A DNA stretch of 64,000 nucleotides, taken from Ylistrum balloti (lineage: Eukaryota). The position numbers and the translations under genes are program-made. Location of the stretch: NCBI RefSeq assembly GCF_031769215.1, contig NW_026782889.1:1-64000 (forward strand), in the 5' to 3' direction. A model generated the notes under the pieces. The model was not told the DNA's origin and ran no database searches. It was given only the letters and a program-made list of their open reading frames with translations. Shown here one piece after another: positions 51,020 to 64,000 of this stretch (the stretch's first letter is position 1; the number at the start of each line of letters is the position of its first letter).

Positions 51020-51565
51020 GACGATGATATTGCCGATGTCAATTGTTCTTATACATTTGTAGATATAAGTTAAGTAAATTCGAGCCAAACTTGCACTGTT
51101 TCCTAATCTCTATTCATATTCGATATTGTTGCTCATGGCAAGGTTCCAATCAGAAAAAAAGAAAAAAATCGAACAGATTAATTTTCGATTCGTTAGCGTT
51201 TCTGGTCATAACCATCTGGTTGTGAATTTAATAACTTAATGTTACAATGTATATTGTATATTTAATGAACATATAGGAGACAGGAATTAGGATACTGCCA
51301 AATAGACATTTTGTTATAATATACCACGTTGTTAGACAAGTTTGTGTTACGTTTACGAAATGTCAAAATATCAGTTTGTTAAAATGGATAGAAAGGGGAT
51401 TCCCCAGTGATTAATCATATCCAGGAGTCCGAAACCTTTTATGTGTTGTGATTCGATATCAAACGATAGATGAGATCTTGTAAAATGCTATCTGAAATAT
51501 AAGTTAAATGATATATTAACAATGATGTATTTTATATTGAAGTTGTCATCGGTGCTGACGGTGAT
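51020..51565. repeat. Start of a truncated third unit (block A copy 4)
   Basis: atgatattgccgatgtcaattgttcttatacatttgtag... matches 24245 onward and stops at gacggtgatgacag, directly before the 32-bp array. Confidence 0.8.
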
Positions 51566-51574
51566 GACAGATCC

Positions 51575-54325
51575 TCTCTCAAATCTCTCAAAGTAAAGAT
51601 TTTCAGAGTGAAGATATCTCTCAAAGTAAAGTAAAGTGAAGATCTCTCAAAGTAAAGATTTCTCAGAGTGAAGACCTCTCAAAGTAAAGATTTCTCAGAG
51701 TGAGATTCTCTCTGAAAATAAAGATCTCTCAGTGTGAAGATCTCTCAAAGTAAAGATTTCTCAGAGTGAAGATCTCACAAGGTAAAGATTTCGCAGAGTG
51801 AAGATCTCTCAAAGTAAAGATTTCTCAGAGTGAAGATCTCTCAAAGTAAAGATTTCTCAGAGTGAAGATCTCTCAAAGTAAAGATTTCTCAGTGTGAAGA
51901 TCTCTCAAAGTAAAGATTTCGCAGTGTGCAGATAACTCAAAGTAAAGATTTCTCAGAGTGAAGATCTCTCAAAGTAAAGATTTCTCAGAGTGAAGATCTC
52001 TCAAAGTAAAGATTTCTCAGAGTGAAGATCTCTCAAAGTAAAGATTTCTCAGAGTGAAGATCTCTCAAGGTAAAGATTTCTCAGAGTGAAGATCTCTCAA
52101 AGTAAGTTTTCTCAGAGTGAAGATCTCTCAAAGTAAAGATTTCTCAGAGTGAAGGTCTCTCAAAGTAAAGATTTCTCAGAGTGAGATTCTCTCTGAAAAT
52201 AAAGATCTCTCAGTGTGAAGATCTCTCAAAGTAAAGATTTCTCAGTGAGTGTAAAGATTTCTCAGAGTCTCTCAAAGTAAAGAAAGATCTCTCAAAGTAA
52301 AGTAGTGAGATCTCTCAAAGTAAAGATTTCTCAGTGTGAAGATCTCTCAAAGTAAAGATTTCTCAGTGTGAAGATCTCTCCAAGTAAAGATTTCGCAGTG
52401 TGCAGATAACTCAAAGTAAAGATTTCTCAGAGTGAAGATCTCTCAAAGTAAAGTTTTATCAGAGTGAAGATCTCTCAAGGTAAAGATTTCTCAGAGTGAA
52501 GATCTCTCAAAGTAAAGATTTCTCAGAGTGAAGATCTCTCAAGGTAAAGATTTCTCAGAGTGAGATTCTCTCTGAAAATAAAGATCTCTCAGTGTGAAGA
52601 TCTCTCAAAGTAAAGATTTCTCAGAGTGAAGATCTCTCAAGGTAAAGATTTCTCAGTGTGAAGATCTCTCAAAGTAAAGATCTAAAGATTTCTCAGAGTG
52701 AAGATCTCTCAAAGTCAAGATTTCTCAGAGTGAAGATCTCTCAAAGTAAAGATTTCTCAGTGAGTGAAGATCTCTCAAAGTAAAGATTTCTCAGAGTTCT
52801 CTCAAAGTAAAGATTTCTCAGTGTGAAGATCTCTCAAAGTAAAGATTTCTCAGAGTGAAGATCTCTCAAAGTAAAGATTTCTCAGAGTGAAGATCTCTCA
52901 AAGTAAAGATTTCTCAGAGTGAAGACCTCTCAAAATAAAGATCTCTCAGTGTGAAGATCTCTCAAAGTAAAGATTTCTCAGAGTGAAGATCTCTCAAGGT
53001 AAAGATTTCTCAGAGTGAAGATCTCTCAAAGTAAAGATTTCTCAGAGTGAAGATCTCTCAAAGTAAAGATTTCTCAGAGTGAAGATCTCTCAAAGTAAAG
53101 ATTTCTCAGAGTGAAGATCTCTCAAGGTAAAGATTTCTCAGAGTGAAGATCTCTCAAGGTAAAGATTTCTCAGAGTGAGATTCTCTCTGAAAATAAAGAT
53201 CTCTCAGTGTGAAGATCTCTCAAAGTAAAGATTTCTCAGAGTGAAGATCTCTCAAAGTAAAGATTTCTCAGAGTGAAGATCTCTCAAAGTAAAGATTTCT
53301 CAGAGTGAAGACCTCTCAAAGTAAAGATTTCTCAGAGTGAAGATCTCTCAAGATCTCTCAAAGTAAAGATTTCTCAGAGTGAAGATCTCTCAAGGTAAAG
53401 ATTTCTCAGAGTGAAGATCTCTCAAGGTAAAGATTTCTCAAAGTGAAGATCTCTCAAAGTAAAGTTTTCTCAGAGTGAAGATCTCTCAAGGTAAAGATTT
53501 CTCAGAGTGAAGATCTCTCAAAGTAAAGTTTTCTCAGAGTGAAGATCTCTCAAAGTAAAGATTTCTCAGAGTGAAGATCTCTCAAAGTAAAGATTTCGCA
53601 GATCTCTCAAAGTGAAGATCTCTCAAAGTAAAGTTTTCTCAGAGTGAAGATCTCTCAAGGTAAAGATTTCTCAGAGTGAAGATCTCTCAAAGTAAAGATT
53701 TCTCAGTGTGAAGATCTCTCAAAGTAAAGATTTCTCAGTGTGCAGATAACTCAAAGTAAAGATTTCTCAGAGTGAAGATCTCTCAAGGTAAAGATTTCTC
53801 AGAGTGAAGATCTCTCAAAGTAAAGATTTCTCAGAGTGAAGATCTCTCAAAGTAAAGATTTCTCAGAGTGAAGACAGAGTGAAGATCTCTCAAAGTAAAG
53901 ATTTCTCAGTGTGAAGATCTCTCAAAGTAAAGATTTCTCAGAGTGAAGATCTCTCAAGGTAAAGATTTCTCAGAGTGAAGATCTCTCAAAGTAAAGATTT
54001 CTCAGAGTGAAGATCTCTCAAAGTAAAGATTTCTCAGAGTGAAGATCTCTCAAAGTAAAGATTTCTCAGAGTTTCTCAGAGTGAAGATCTCTCAAAGTAA
54101 AGATTTCTCAGAGTGAAGATCTCTCAAAGTAAAGATTTCTCAGAGTGAAGATCTCTCAAAGTAAAGATTTCTCAGAGTGAAGATCTCTCAAAGTAAAGAT
54201 TTCTCAGAGTGAAGATCTCTCAAAGTAAAGATTTCGCAGTGTGCAGATAACTCAAAGTAAAGATTTCTCAGAGTGAAGATCTCTCAAAGTAAAGATTTCT
54301 CAGAGTGAGATTCTCTCTGAAAAAA
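51575..54325. repeat. 32-bp satellite GAAGATCTCTCAAAGTAAAGATTTCTCAGAGT (dimer of two 16-mers), about 85 units
   Basis: Period is directly visible, with recurrent variant units. Confidence 0.97.
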
Positions 54326-54479
54326 GCCAAATTACTCTAGTGTGCAAAGTAAAGATTCACTCTCAAGTGACAAAAGATAGTCTCATTAAGTAAAAGATTG
54401 TAAAGGCAAAAATAATGTATCTGTCTATAAAAATGTTACTTATGCATGTGACTCAAAAGTAAAAAAGAGTTTAATCTGT

Positions 54480-54775
54480 GACAGGAAACATCAAGAGGAT
54501 ACCAACATGGCAACATAATCATCTAAAATTTGGCCAAAATTTGACCACAGCTGACCGCTCAGATGACCGATTGGAAAAATTCAGGTGGCCTGCACTCCGC
54601 CTCTCATGTATTAATTTGTGTGTAAATTTTGTTAAATTCCATGCAATAGTTTTTGAGAAACGCGTCGGAAACCTCGCAGGCGGAAGAAAGTGAAAGAAAT
54701 AAGAATAATAGATAATGATAACAATAAGAAACGGAGCAAACACAATATGTCCCCCCACTTCGTCTGGACATAATA
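54480..54775 (-). mobile_element. HINE/pearl-like non-autonomous element fragment
   Basis: The minus strand begins ttattatgtcc...cgaagtggggggacatattgtgtttgctccgtttc, followed by an A/T-rich simple repeat and a core with aaatttggcc/aaaatttgacc motifs. Confidence 0.45.
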
Positions 54776-54829
54776 AGACGATACGTTTCGGAAGACGACA
54801 TCACCCCTGTAAACCTTGGTCAATCAAAG

Positions 54830-55165
54830 TAAGTAATATCATGTTCTCAAATGAGAACAAGGTACACACTAACGGAGCCAACAAGCAAACTAACGAGCAT
54901 CAAATATATCCAGAAAAAAAAAAAAAAAAACAGAATTAAATATTTCGTAATGAGATCACTATGGCGACCATGAAACTTCCCCATAATTTTCATCAACCAG
55001 CATCTTTTGAACCCTTGTGTTTGTTAGTCAGTTGGCGACTTTTTGTAGGAAAATCGTGATGATGGAAACAGGCCTTTGACAATCGAATCAACTGCGACGT
55101 AAATACCATAGGTTGGACATGCAGGGATATTGCTATTCAGAAATGGAAAATTCACAATAAGAAAT
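54830..55165 (-). mobile_element. Further Penelope-like relic, homologous to 19960-20290
   Basis: Shares gtaaacct...gtcaatc.aagtaagtaat, ttttcatcaa...gcatc, aggcctttga and cagaaatggaaaattcacaata with the intronic copies. Confidence 0.55.
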
Positions 55166-57459
55166 CAGGACGCAAGTGCGTAATAACATGTTTTTGTTAG
55201 GAAAAGGATCACGTGAGTGAATACGGGTGGTGTGTGACCGGGAAGGTAAGAACGGCAACCATTGTGTATGGTCCCGGTTTACCCGTATTCGGGTCAGTGT
55301 ATTGTATAGTATGTTATGGAACGGAGCCCAGAACTCTGACCAGGGTAGTGTTCTTTCTAACGCTCGTAATTTGTCATTTAAGTTGACTGTTTTCTGCCAT
55401 ATTTAGCTTCATCCCATTACTGGTCAAGCAATCTATTTATCAATGAGTGTCTACTTGAGCATAACTGTTTGTTGTTATCGTAAACAGGTGTATTAGTAGA
55501 AATATCATTATAAATAGTAAAGAGAAACTTATTTTTTTATGTAGAAATGTTACTTAACTAAATTATTAATAGGTATATGTAATTTAATGACTGTAAATCT
55601 GTTTATTTCACTTAGTGACGTAGTTTTGTTCATGTGAAATATGTATGGAAGCCCTGAGCTGCATCGTATTTACCTGTATTAGTGTGAGTGCGCACAGATG
55701 TACGGAAGCCTATAGACAGCATATATATTTACGATGATAAGTTGTTTCCGTGTTTCTAAATATCGTATTTGGTCAAGCATCATCAAATTTAATATATTTG
55801 TCGGGTGATATGTGCAGTGGGTGTATTATTGTTGAATTTGGAATAATTATAGTAACATATTGGGGCGGATTATTTACAGTATGGAAGTATGAGTGGTTGT
55901 TATATTCATATAGCTTCACATGATGGGCAGATGATATGAGCGCCACTTAGAGCCAGCAACAAGGTGACTAACAGACAGTGACATTAGGACCGACCAGCAT
56001 TATATGTCATCGGGGTCAAGGTCAGCTGCTATAAGGCGACGTGGAGAGTCCAGGATTGTACCGAGCTTCTGGTTTGATGGCCAGGGTTACTGGACCGAGG
56101 TCGTTAGCCTCATCACCAGAGAAGTCTTGCTTCTTGTACCTTGTATACTGCTAGCACGGCCTGTGCTACTGAAGATATATTCACTGTCAACGAATGCTGT
56201 TAAATGAAGCATTACAACAACCTCTCTATCTGTGAAGGGACTGTAGGGTCTGCCATTATTAGTATATAAGTGACTAAATGATAGCGAGCGTGAGAGCGAG
56301 TGTCAACTGGTCAGTATTTAGGTTTATTTAATGTAAATACTATATATATATATGTAATTATTCTGGTTCCTGTGATTCCCCCTCGGATGCTAAACTGAGG
56401 CTCGTTCCGTGTTACAGCTATCAGAAATCAGTCAAAATATCGGAAAATGATGTATCTCTATGAAGACTATCCAATGGTATGACGAGCAGTGTAATCCAAT
56501 GTCACACCACTGCTGTGCACGATAGTTCCCCGTTTCGTGCTTTTCCCGGAAGACATCGTCACGCAATACAATAATGCAGCATTCGATACAGGACTGAGTG
56601 CACTGCAACATATAAAGTTGCCCGACCGATTTTCATCGTTTTTTAACAACGTGTTCGCAAGGTAATGCAAATAACATCACCCTGCGTTTCTTTATCACCT
56701 ATGATGTATATTGATTTCGCCATTTCCCGTTCTTGGCGAAGAAGCTCACATTACGAGAGCATGAAGGCGTTCCTTCAGTTTAGAATGAGATATGGTTTAC
56801 AAGGTGGAAAAAGATAATTTTTTTTTAAAAGAGGGTGTGTCAGATTAGTCAAAAGCCCCTTAGAGTTCTTCAAAATCAACATACCATTAATTTCACTTAT
56901 TGAGTATTCAGTATCAAAACAAGACTGTAACCCAATCTAAATTATTGTAATACCGAATATGTTTACCTTGTATTTCGTCTTTTGAAAGATTACATAATGT
57001 ATGGGTGGTGTTTCCTTCGTTATCGACCAAGCCCAGTTCAGGAAATGTACTAATCTTTGCAGACACGGATCAAGTTATTGGAGGCCTTATTTCACACACA
57101 CAATCACATACCTGTCATGTAAATCTTGAGGAGTGGATTTAACATCAAGGTTTCGACCCCAGGGATGCGTGAAACGAAGGGACTAGAGATAGGCCAATCA
57201 CGTGTATTCGTCTCTCTTAATTTCCAGCATAAGTATGTGTAAGTAGAGGGGAGGGGGGCGGGGGGTTTTAACTCTTCACACGTATAAACCCCCGGGAAAA
57301 GACCTCATGGACTAAGGATTGTCCCGAGATTTGAGATCAAGTCTTAAATTATGTGTGACTCCATCTCTCCATTCCTAATATATATTTGTGTAGTTATATA
57401 GTCCCCGAATCCGTTTTCAAAGCGGGTCCATTATCAACGTTACACCGACAGCTTACATA

Positions 57460-57683
57460 CTGTAAACCAATTAATTTTAGTGGGTCTTTATTTTCGTTGT
57501 TTTTATGGGTGTTTTTAATATAAGAATTCCTATGTCTTCGAATGTTTAACATGTCATAAATAGCTATATTACATTACTATATTATAGTATATTTACTCTA
57601 ACAATCAAGTGTCCGTGTAGTCATGCATTTTTTTTTCTTCAAAACCACGAAAAATCAGCAAACGAAAACATGTGATTTTACAG
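57460..57683. mobile_element. Small TA-flanked MITE (CTGTAAA...TTTACAG)
   Basis: Terminal TACTGTAAA / TTTACAGTA, with degenerate subterminal ttttcgt(t/g)g motifs on both arms. Confidence 0.55.
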
Positions 57684-58978
57684 TATATGGCATTAGCCTC
57701 ATATTTCCAAGCATATATATTGGTATGGCACCCTGTAATACATGTGATTGTTTTAGTTATTATAATTGTCATATTCGTGTCCATTTGCGCAGGCGTCGGT
57801 TGCTTTCGTTTTGTCAAATATATATGTATATAGTAGGCCCGGAATAGGCATACTATTGTTGTTGGTTACACATTGTACATGTTCTGGACAATGACTGACC
57901 ACTTGACCTGTGACATGCGCTGTTCAATTCTATCTTCCTTTTCCCTCCTAACCTTTTTCTGCTTTATAAATTCTGTTTTTGGGCTCGAACTGGAAAGACA
58001 TGCTTTTATTCTCATCTTGCATTAATTTGACGTCCGTCGTGCCATACACGGGGTAAGTCTTCCATTTATATTGCAAATTGTTTATATCTACACAAATTAT
58101 TCATAAAGATCATTTGTTTATCTATTTCAAAGCAGCAATTCAATTATTTTAGATTAATCTATATTTTCACCCGATCGATCAGGATGAGAACAATATGTCT
58201 TAGAGTATGATATGTAATACACTATTTATGTGTAGATCTTTTTTAAGGTCATTTATGTCCCATGTAAATTAAAGTAGTGTGTAGCATATTTGTAGTAAGC
58301 TACGTATTGTTCAGTTTTGTACTACAGAGAAAATATGTTTTGTCAGTAACGTGAATGTGAATGTTACTGAGTGTTGTTCGTAAATGGGTTTGCTTTAGAG
58401 TGCGTTCTAATACGAGTTTTATCAAGTATTGTAATTTGCTATTTGTGCTGTTTGATGGATTTTGAAAGCTATGAGTGTACGATGAATAAATATGGAATGA
58501 CATCGTCTGGTTCCGTTGGTTATTGAATCCCGGCTGTGCTACATAAGTTTTCTTCCTCGTCATCATTTTCTATGATATTATGACACAACATGTTTATCAA
58601 ATCATTAAACTGCTTCATCTCTACTTTAATAATTATTATTCATTTCAACTTGTTTTGTTTCAGTAATATAAGCAATGTGTGTACTACATTACATTATCAT
58701 CCTATTATCTTAACCCTTTCTCAAACCATGAAATGTACATCCTGTATAGGTATCATATAAGTATTAGTGAATCACAGTATACAATGTACATGCCATGTGG
58801 ATTATAATCAACAAGGATACGCACACTCATTCTTCTATTTGAAGCACTATCCACTCCAAATAACATTTAACAGAAACATGATAACAGCCTAGGGAAAACG
58901 TGACCAAGGCCTTGGACGACTAAAGTGTCAAATACTGTATAAAGTTGTAATAATGATTAGAGAGTACAGACCTTTTAT

Positions 58979-61113
58979 GTGTGACCCCTGTTATGTCGTA
59001 TGTATTGAGAGTCTCGAGATCAATATAGAAGAGTGTGAATATGTGACCCCTGTTATGTCGTATGTATTGAGAGTCTCGAGATCAATATAGAAGAGTGTGA
59101 ATATATGAGCCCTGTTATGTCGTATGTATTGAGAGTCTCGAGATCAATATAGAAGAGTGTGAATGTGTGAGCCCTGTTATGTCGTATGTATTGAGAGTCT
59201 CGAGATCAATATAGAAGATTGTGAATATGTGACCCCTGTTATGTCGTATGTATTGAGAGTCTCGAGATCAATATAGAAGAGTGTGAATATGTGACCCCTG
59301 TTATGTCGTATGTATTGAGAGTCTCGAGATCAATATAGAAGAGTGTGAATATGTGACCCCTGTTATGTCGTATGTATTGAGAGTCTCGAGATCAATATAG
59401 AAGAGTGTGAATATGTGACCCCTGTTATGTCGTATGTATTGAGAGTCTCGAGATCAATATAGAAGAGTGTGAATATGTGACCCCTGTTATGTCGTATGTA
59501 TTGGGAGTCTCGAGATCAATATAGAAGAGTGTGAATATGTGACCCCTGTTATGTCGTATGTATTGAGAGTCTCGAGATCAATATAGAAGAGTGTGAATGT
59601 GTGAGCCCTGTTATGTCGTATGTATTGAAAGTCTCGAGATCAATATAGAAGATTGTGAATATGTGACCCCTGTTATGTCGTATGTATTGAGAGTCTCGAG
59701 ATCAATATAGAAGAGTGTGAATATGTGACCCCTGTTATGTCGTATGTATTGAGAGTCTCGAGATCAATATAGAAGAGTGTGAATATGTGACCCCTGTTAT
59801 GTCGTATGTATTGAGAGTCTCGAGATCAATATAGAAGAGTGTGAATATGTGACCCCTGTTATGTCGTATGTATTGGGAGTCTCGAGATCAATATAGAAGA
59901 GTGTGAATGTGTGAGCCCTGTTATGTCGTATGTATTGGGAGTCTCGAGATCAATATAGAAGAGTGTGAATATGTGACCCCTGTTATGTCGTATGTATTGA
60001 GAGTCTCGAGATCAATACAGGAGAGTGTGAATATGTGACCCCTGTTATGTCGTTTGTATTGGGAGTCTCGAGATCAATACAGGAGAGTGTGAATGTGTGA
60101 CCCCTGTTATGTCGTATGTATTGAGAGTCTCGAGATCAATATAGAAGAGTGTGAATGTGTGAGCCCTGTTATGTCGTATGTATTGAGAGTCTCGAGATCA
60201 ATATAGAAGAGTGTGAATATGTGAGCCCTGTTATGTCGTATGAATTGGGAGTCTCGAGATCAATATAGAAGAGTGTGAATATGTGAGCCCTGTTATGTCG
60301 TATGTATTGGGAGTCTCGAGATCAATATAGAAGAGTGTGAATATGTGACCCATGTTATGTCGTATGTATTGAGAGTCTCGAGATCAATACAGAAGAGTGT
60401 GAATATGTGATCCCTGTTATGTCGTATGTATTGGGAGTCTCGAGATCAATACAGGAGAGTGTGAATGTGTGACCCCTGTTATGTCGTATGTATTGAGAGT
60501 CTCGAGATCAATATAGAAGAGTGTGAATATGTGACCCCTGTTATGTCGTATGTATTGGGAGTCTCGAGATCAATACAGGAGAGTGTGAATGTGTGAGCCC
60601 TGTTATGTCGTATGAATTGGGAGTCTCGAGATCAATACAGGAGAGTGTGAATGTGTGAGCCCTGTTATGTCGTATGAATTGGGAGTCTCGAGATCAATAC
60701 AGGAGAGTGTGAATATGTGATCCCTGTTATGTCGTATGTATTGGGAGTCTCGAGATCAATACAGGAGAGTGTGAATGTGTGAGCCCTGTTATGTCGTATG
60801 TATTGGGAGTCTCGAGATCAATACAGGAGAGTGTGAATGTGTGAGCCCTGTTATGTCGTATGAATTGGGAGTCTCGAGATCAATACAGGAGAGTGTGAAT
60901 ATGTGATCCCTGTTATGTCGTATGTATTGGGAGTCTCGAGATCAATGCAGGAGAGTGTGAATGTGTGAGCCCTGTTATGTCGTATGTATTGGGAGTCTCG
61001 AGACCAATACAGGAGAGTGTGAATGTGTGAGCCCTGTTATGTCGTATGTATTGGGAGTCTCGAGACCAATACAGGCGAGTGTGAATGTGTGATCCCTGTT
61101 ATGTCGTATGTAT
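58979..61113. repeat. 62-bp tandem repeat, 34 full units plus a partial
   Basis: Unit gtgacccctgttatgtcgtatgtattgagagtctcgagatcaatatagaagagtgtgaatat. First unit at 58981, last start at 61089 (34 x 62). Confidence 0.97.
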
Positions 61114-61762
61114 CTATCTAAAGTGTTGTTAATCTTTCTATAAACCAGGCTAGGAATTCAGATGTAGGAAAAAGGCATAGAAAACTTTAAAATGCAAAGT
61201 ACAATGTTTAAGAAATTGATTGCTTTTAATCATCTACATTGAGTTAGTAACACTTACTTCAAATTTAAGTTTTTGTGGAAATCAACTTTTATAAACATTC
61301 GGGTAAATGTTGGTGTAATAACCAATGATTATGTTATAGATGTAGTACTGGGACTCTGGCATTAAAGGATGTATATAGTTTATTTAAGGATAAAGTATAT
61401 GAAATATTATGGGAGTATCTGCAAAAATTCATAATCACACTTAAACCAGAAGGACATCGTGTCTAATGGGCCGGTTACGGATCTGGGGTAAACGACACCA
61501 GTTTTATTGTACAGAAAATAAGCGGCTTTAAAAGGAAAAAAACCAAATATCCTTTCTCCGTTTTTATTAAGTCCATTATTACGTTCATATTCTTGTAATT
61601 GTCTGCCTTGGCAGATGATGGACTATTTCAGTTTACAATTAGTTAATTAATTAATGAACCGAGTTAATTAATAAGAATAAATATGAAAAAGCAGGTAAGG
61701 AACTAACGAGTATAAGTGATAATTCTGATCCTTTGGCAACATGCAAAATACATAACAGTTAC

Positions 61763-64000
61763 AAAATGTGTGTCGGCCTGACATTTTCCCCTTTTGAGAT
61801 CTCTGTTCAGCTGCTTGATTTGTCTCCTTAACTAAATACATAACAGTTAAAATATGTGTCGGCCTGACATTTTCCCCTTTTGAGATCTCTGTTCAGCTGC
61901 TTGATTTTCTCTTTAACTTAATACATTAAAGTACCAATATGTGTCGGCTTAACATTTTCCCCTTTTGAGACCGCTGTTAAGCTGCTTGATTTGTCTCCTT
62001 AACTATATACATAACAGTTAAAATATGTGTCGGCCTGATATTTTCCCGTTTTGAGATCTCTGTTCAGCTGCTTGATTTTTCTTCCTATCTAAATACATTA
62101 AAGTACCAATATGTGTCGGCCTGACATTTCCCCCTTTTGAGATCGCTGTTCAGCTGCTTGATTTGTCTTCCTATCTAAATACATTAAAGTACCAATATGT
62201 GTGGGCCTGACATTTTCCCCTTTTGAGATCGCTGTTCAGCTGCTTGATTTGTCTTCCTATCTAAATACATTAAAGTACCAATATGTGTCGGCCTGACATT
62301 TTCCCCTTTTGAGATCGCTGTTCAGCTGCTTGATTTGTCTTCCTATCTAAATACATTAAAGTACCAATATGTGTCGGCCTGACATTTTCCCCTTTTGAGA
62401 TCGCTGTTCAGCTGCTTGATTTGTCTTCCTATCTAAATACATTAAAGTACCAATATGTGTCGGCCTGACATTTTCCCCTTTTGAGATCGCTGTTCAGCTG
62501 CTTGATTTGTCTTCCTATCTAAATACATTAAAGTACAATATGTGTCGGCCTGACATTTTCCCCTTTTGAGACCGCTGTTCAGCTGCTTGATTTGTCTTCC
62601 TATCTAAATACATTAAAGTACCAATATGTGTCGGCCTGACATTTGCCCCTTTTGAGATCGCTGTTCAGCTGCTTGATTTGTCTTCCTATCTAAATACATT
62701 AAAGTACCAATATGTGTCGGCCTGATATTTTCCCCTTTTGAGACCGCTGTTCAGCTGCTTGATTTGTCTTCCTATCTAAATACATTAAAGTACCAATATA
62801 TGTCGGCCTGACATTTTCCCCTTTTGAGATCACTGTTCAGCTGCTTGATTTGTCTTCCTATCTAAATACATTAAAGTACCAATATGTGTCGGCCTGACAT
62901 TTTCCCCTTTTGAGATCGCTGTTCAGCTGCTTGAATTGTCTTCCTATCTAAATACATTAAAGTACCAATATGTGTCGGCCTGACATTTTCCCCTTTTGAG
63001 ACCGCTGTTCAGCTGCTTGATTTGTCTTCCTATCTAAATACATTAAAGTACCAATATGTGTCGGCCTGACATTTTCCCCTTTTGATACCGCTTGTGAGCT
63101 GCTTGATTTGTCTTCCTATCTAAATACATTAAAGTACCAATATGTGTCGGCCTGACATTTTCCCCTTTTGAGACCGCTGTTCAGCTGCTTGATTTGTCTT
63201 CCTATCTAAATACATTAAAGTACCAATATGTGTCGGCCTGACATTTTCCCCTTTTGAGACCGCTGTTCAGCTGCTTGATTTGCTTCCTATCTAAATACAT
63301 TAAAGTACCAATATGTGTCGGCCTGACATTTTCCCCTTTTGAGACCGCTGTTCAGCTGCTTGATTTGTCTTCCTATCTAAATACATTAAAGTACCAATAT
63401 GTGTCGGCCTGACATTTTCCCCTTTTGAGACCGCTGTTCAGCTGCTTGATTTGTCTTCCTATCTAAATACTTACCCTATTTTCCCCTTTTGAGACCGCTG
63501 TTCAGCTGCTTGAATAAATACATTAAAGTACCAATATGTGTCGGCCTGACATTTTCCCCTTTTGAGACCGCTGTTCAGCTGCTTGATTTGTCTTCCTATC
63601 TAAATACATTAAAGTACCAATATGTGTCGGCCTGACATTTTCCCCTTTTGAGACCGCTGTTCAGCTGCTTGATTTGTCTTCCTATCTAAATACATTAAAG
63701 TACCAATATGTGTCGGCCTGACATTTTCCCCTTTTGAGACCGCTGTTCAGCTGCTTGATTTGTCTTCCTATCTAAATACATTAAAGTACCAATATGTGTC
63801 GGCCTGACATTTTCCCCTTTTGAGATCGCTGTTCAGCTGCTTGATTTGTCTTCCTATCTAAATACATTAAAGTACCAATATGTGAGTCGCTGTTCAGCTG
63901 CTTGATTTATGTGTCGGCCTGACATTTTCCCCTTTTGAGATCGCTGTTCAGCTGCTTGATTTGTCTTCCTATCTAAATACATTAAAGTACCAATATGTGT
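61763..64000. repeat. 86-bp tandem repeat, about 26 units, running off the window end
   Basis: Unit atatgtgtcggcctgacattttccccttttgaga(t/c)cgctgttcagctgcttgatttgtcttcctatctaaatacattaaagtacca. Period checked from 62281 to 62367. Confidence 0.97.

Noticed and set aside
55195-56416. Possible solo LTR (TGTTAG...GTTACA)
   Set aside because: No target-site duplication and poorly matched termini.
57247-57297. G-rich run and GGGGGTTT...AAACCCCC inverted repeat as a G4 or Helitron 3' hairpin
   Set aside because: Too short and isolated to assign, and no matching element ends.
58979-64000. Regular arrays as CRISPR-like repeats
   Set aside because: The units are head-to-tail with no unique spacers, there are no cas genes, and the context is eukaryotic.

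Overview
This is AT-rich eukaryotic genomic DNA. It is probably from a mollusc or bivalve, inferred only from the repeat families and the receptor type. No prokaryotic genes, rRNA, tRNA genes or CRISPR arrays were seen. The main structure is a tandem segmental duplication: unit 1 is about 3.7-24.2 kb, unit 2 about 24.2-51.0 kb, and a third unit begins at about 51.0 kb but is truncated. Each full unit carries an intact three-exon minus-strand gene for a type-C leucine-rich-repeat GPCR (RXFP/GRL101-like). Its architecture is signal peptide, pro-region, one LDLa module, LRRs, hinge and 7TM, with a predicted 745 aa in both copies. The two proteins are identical in hinge, 7TM and C-tail and almost identical in LDLa. 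They differ by about 47 substitutions plus an indel across the LRR region, many on the exposed beta-strand positions, with signs of LRR-module shuffling and loss of a furin site in copy 2. The units also differ by unit-specific insertions: a TA-flanked MITE, a solo LTR, and a Gypsy remnant with a nested CR1 LINE. Four tandem-repeat families (20, 32, 62 and 86 bp), Penelope-like relics and Helentron-type non-autonomous elements fill most of the rest. Everything here comes from by-eye alignment; no database searches were run.
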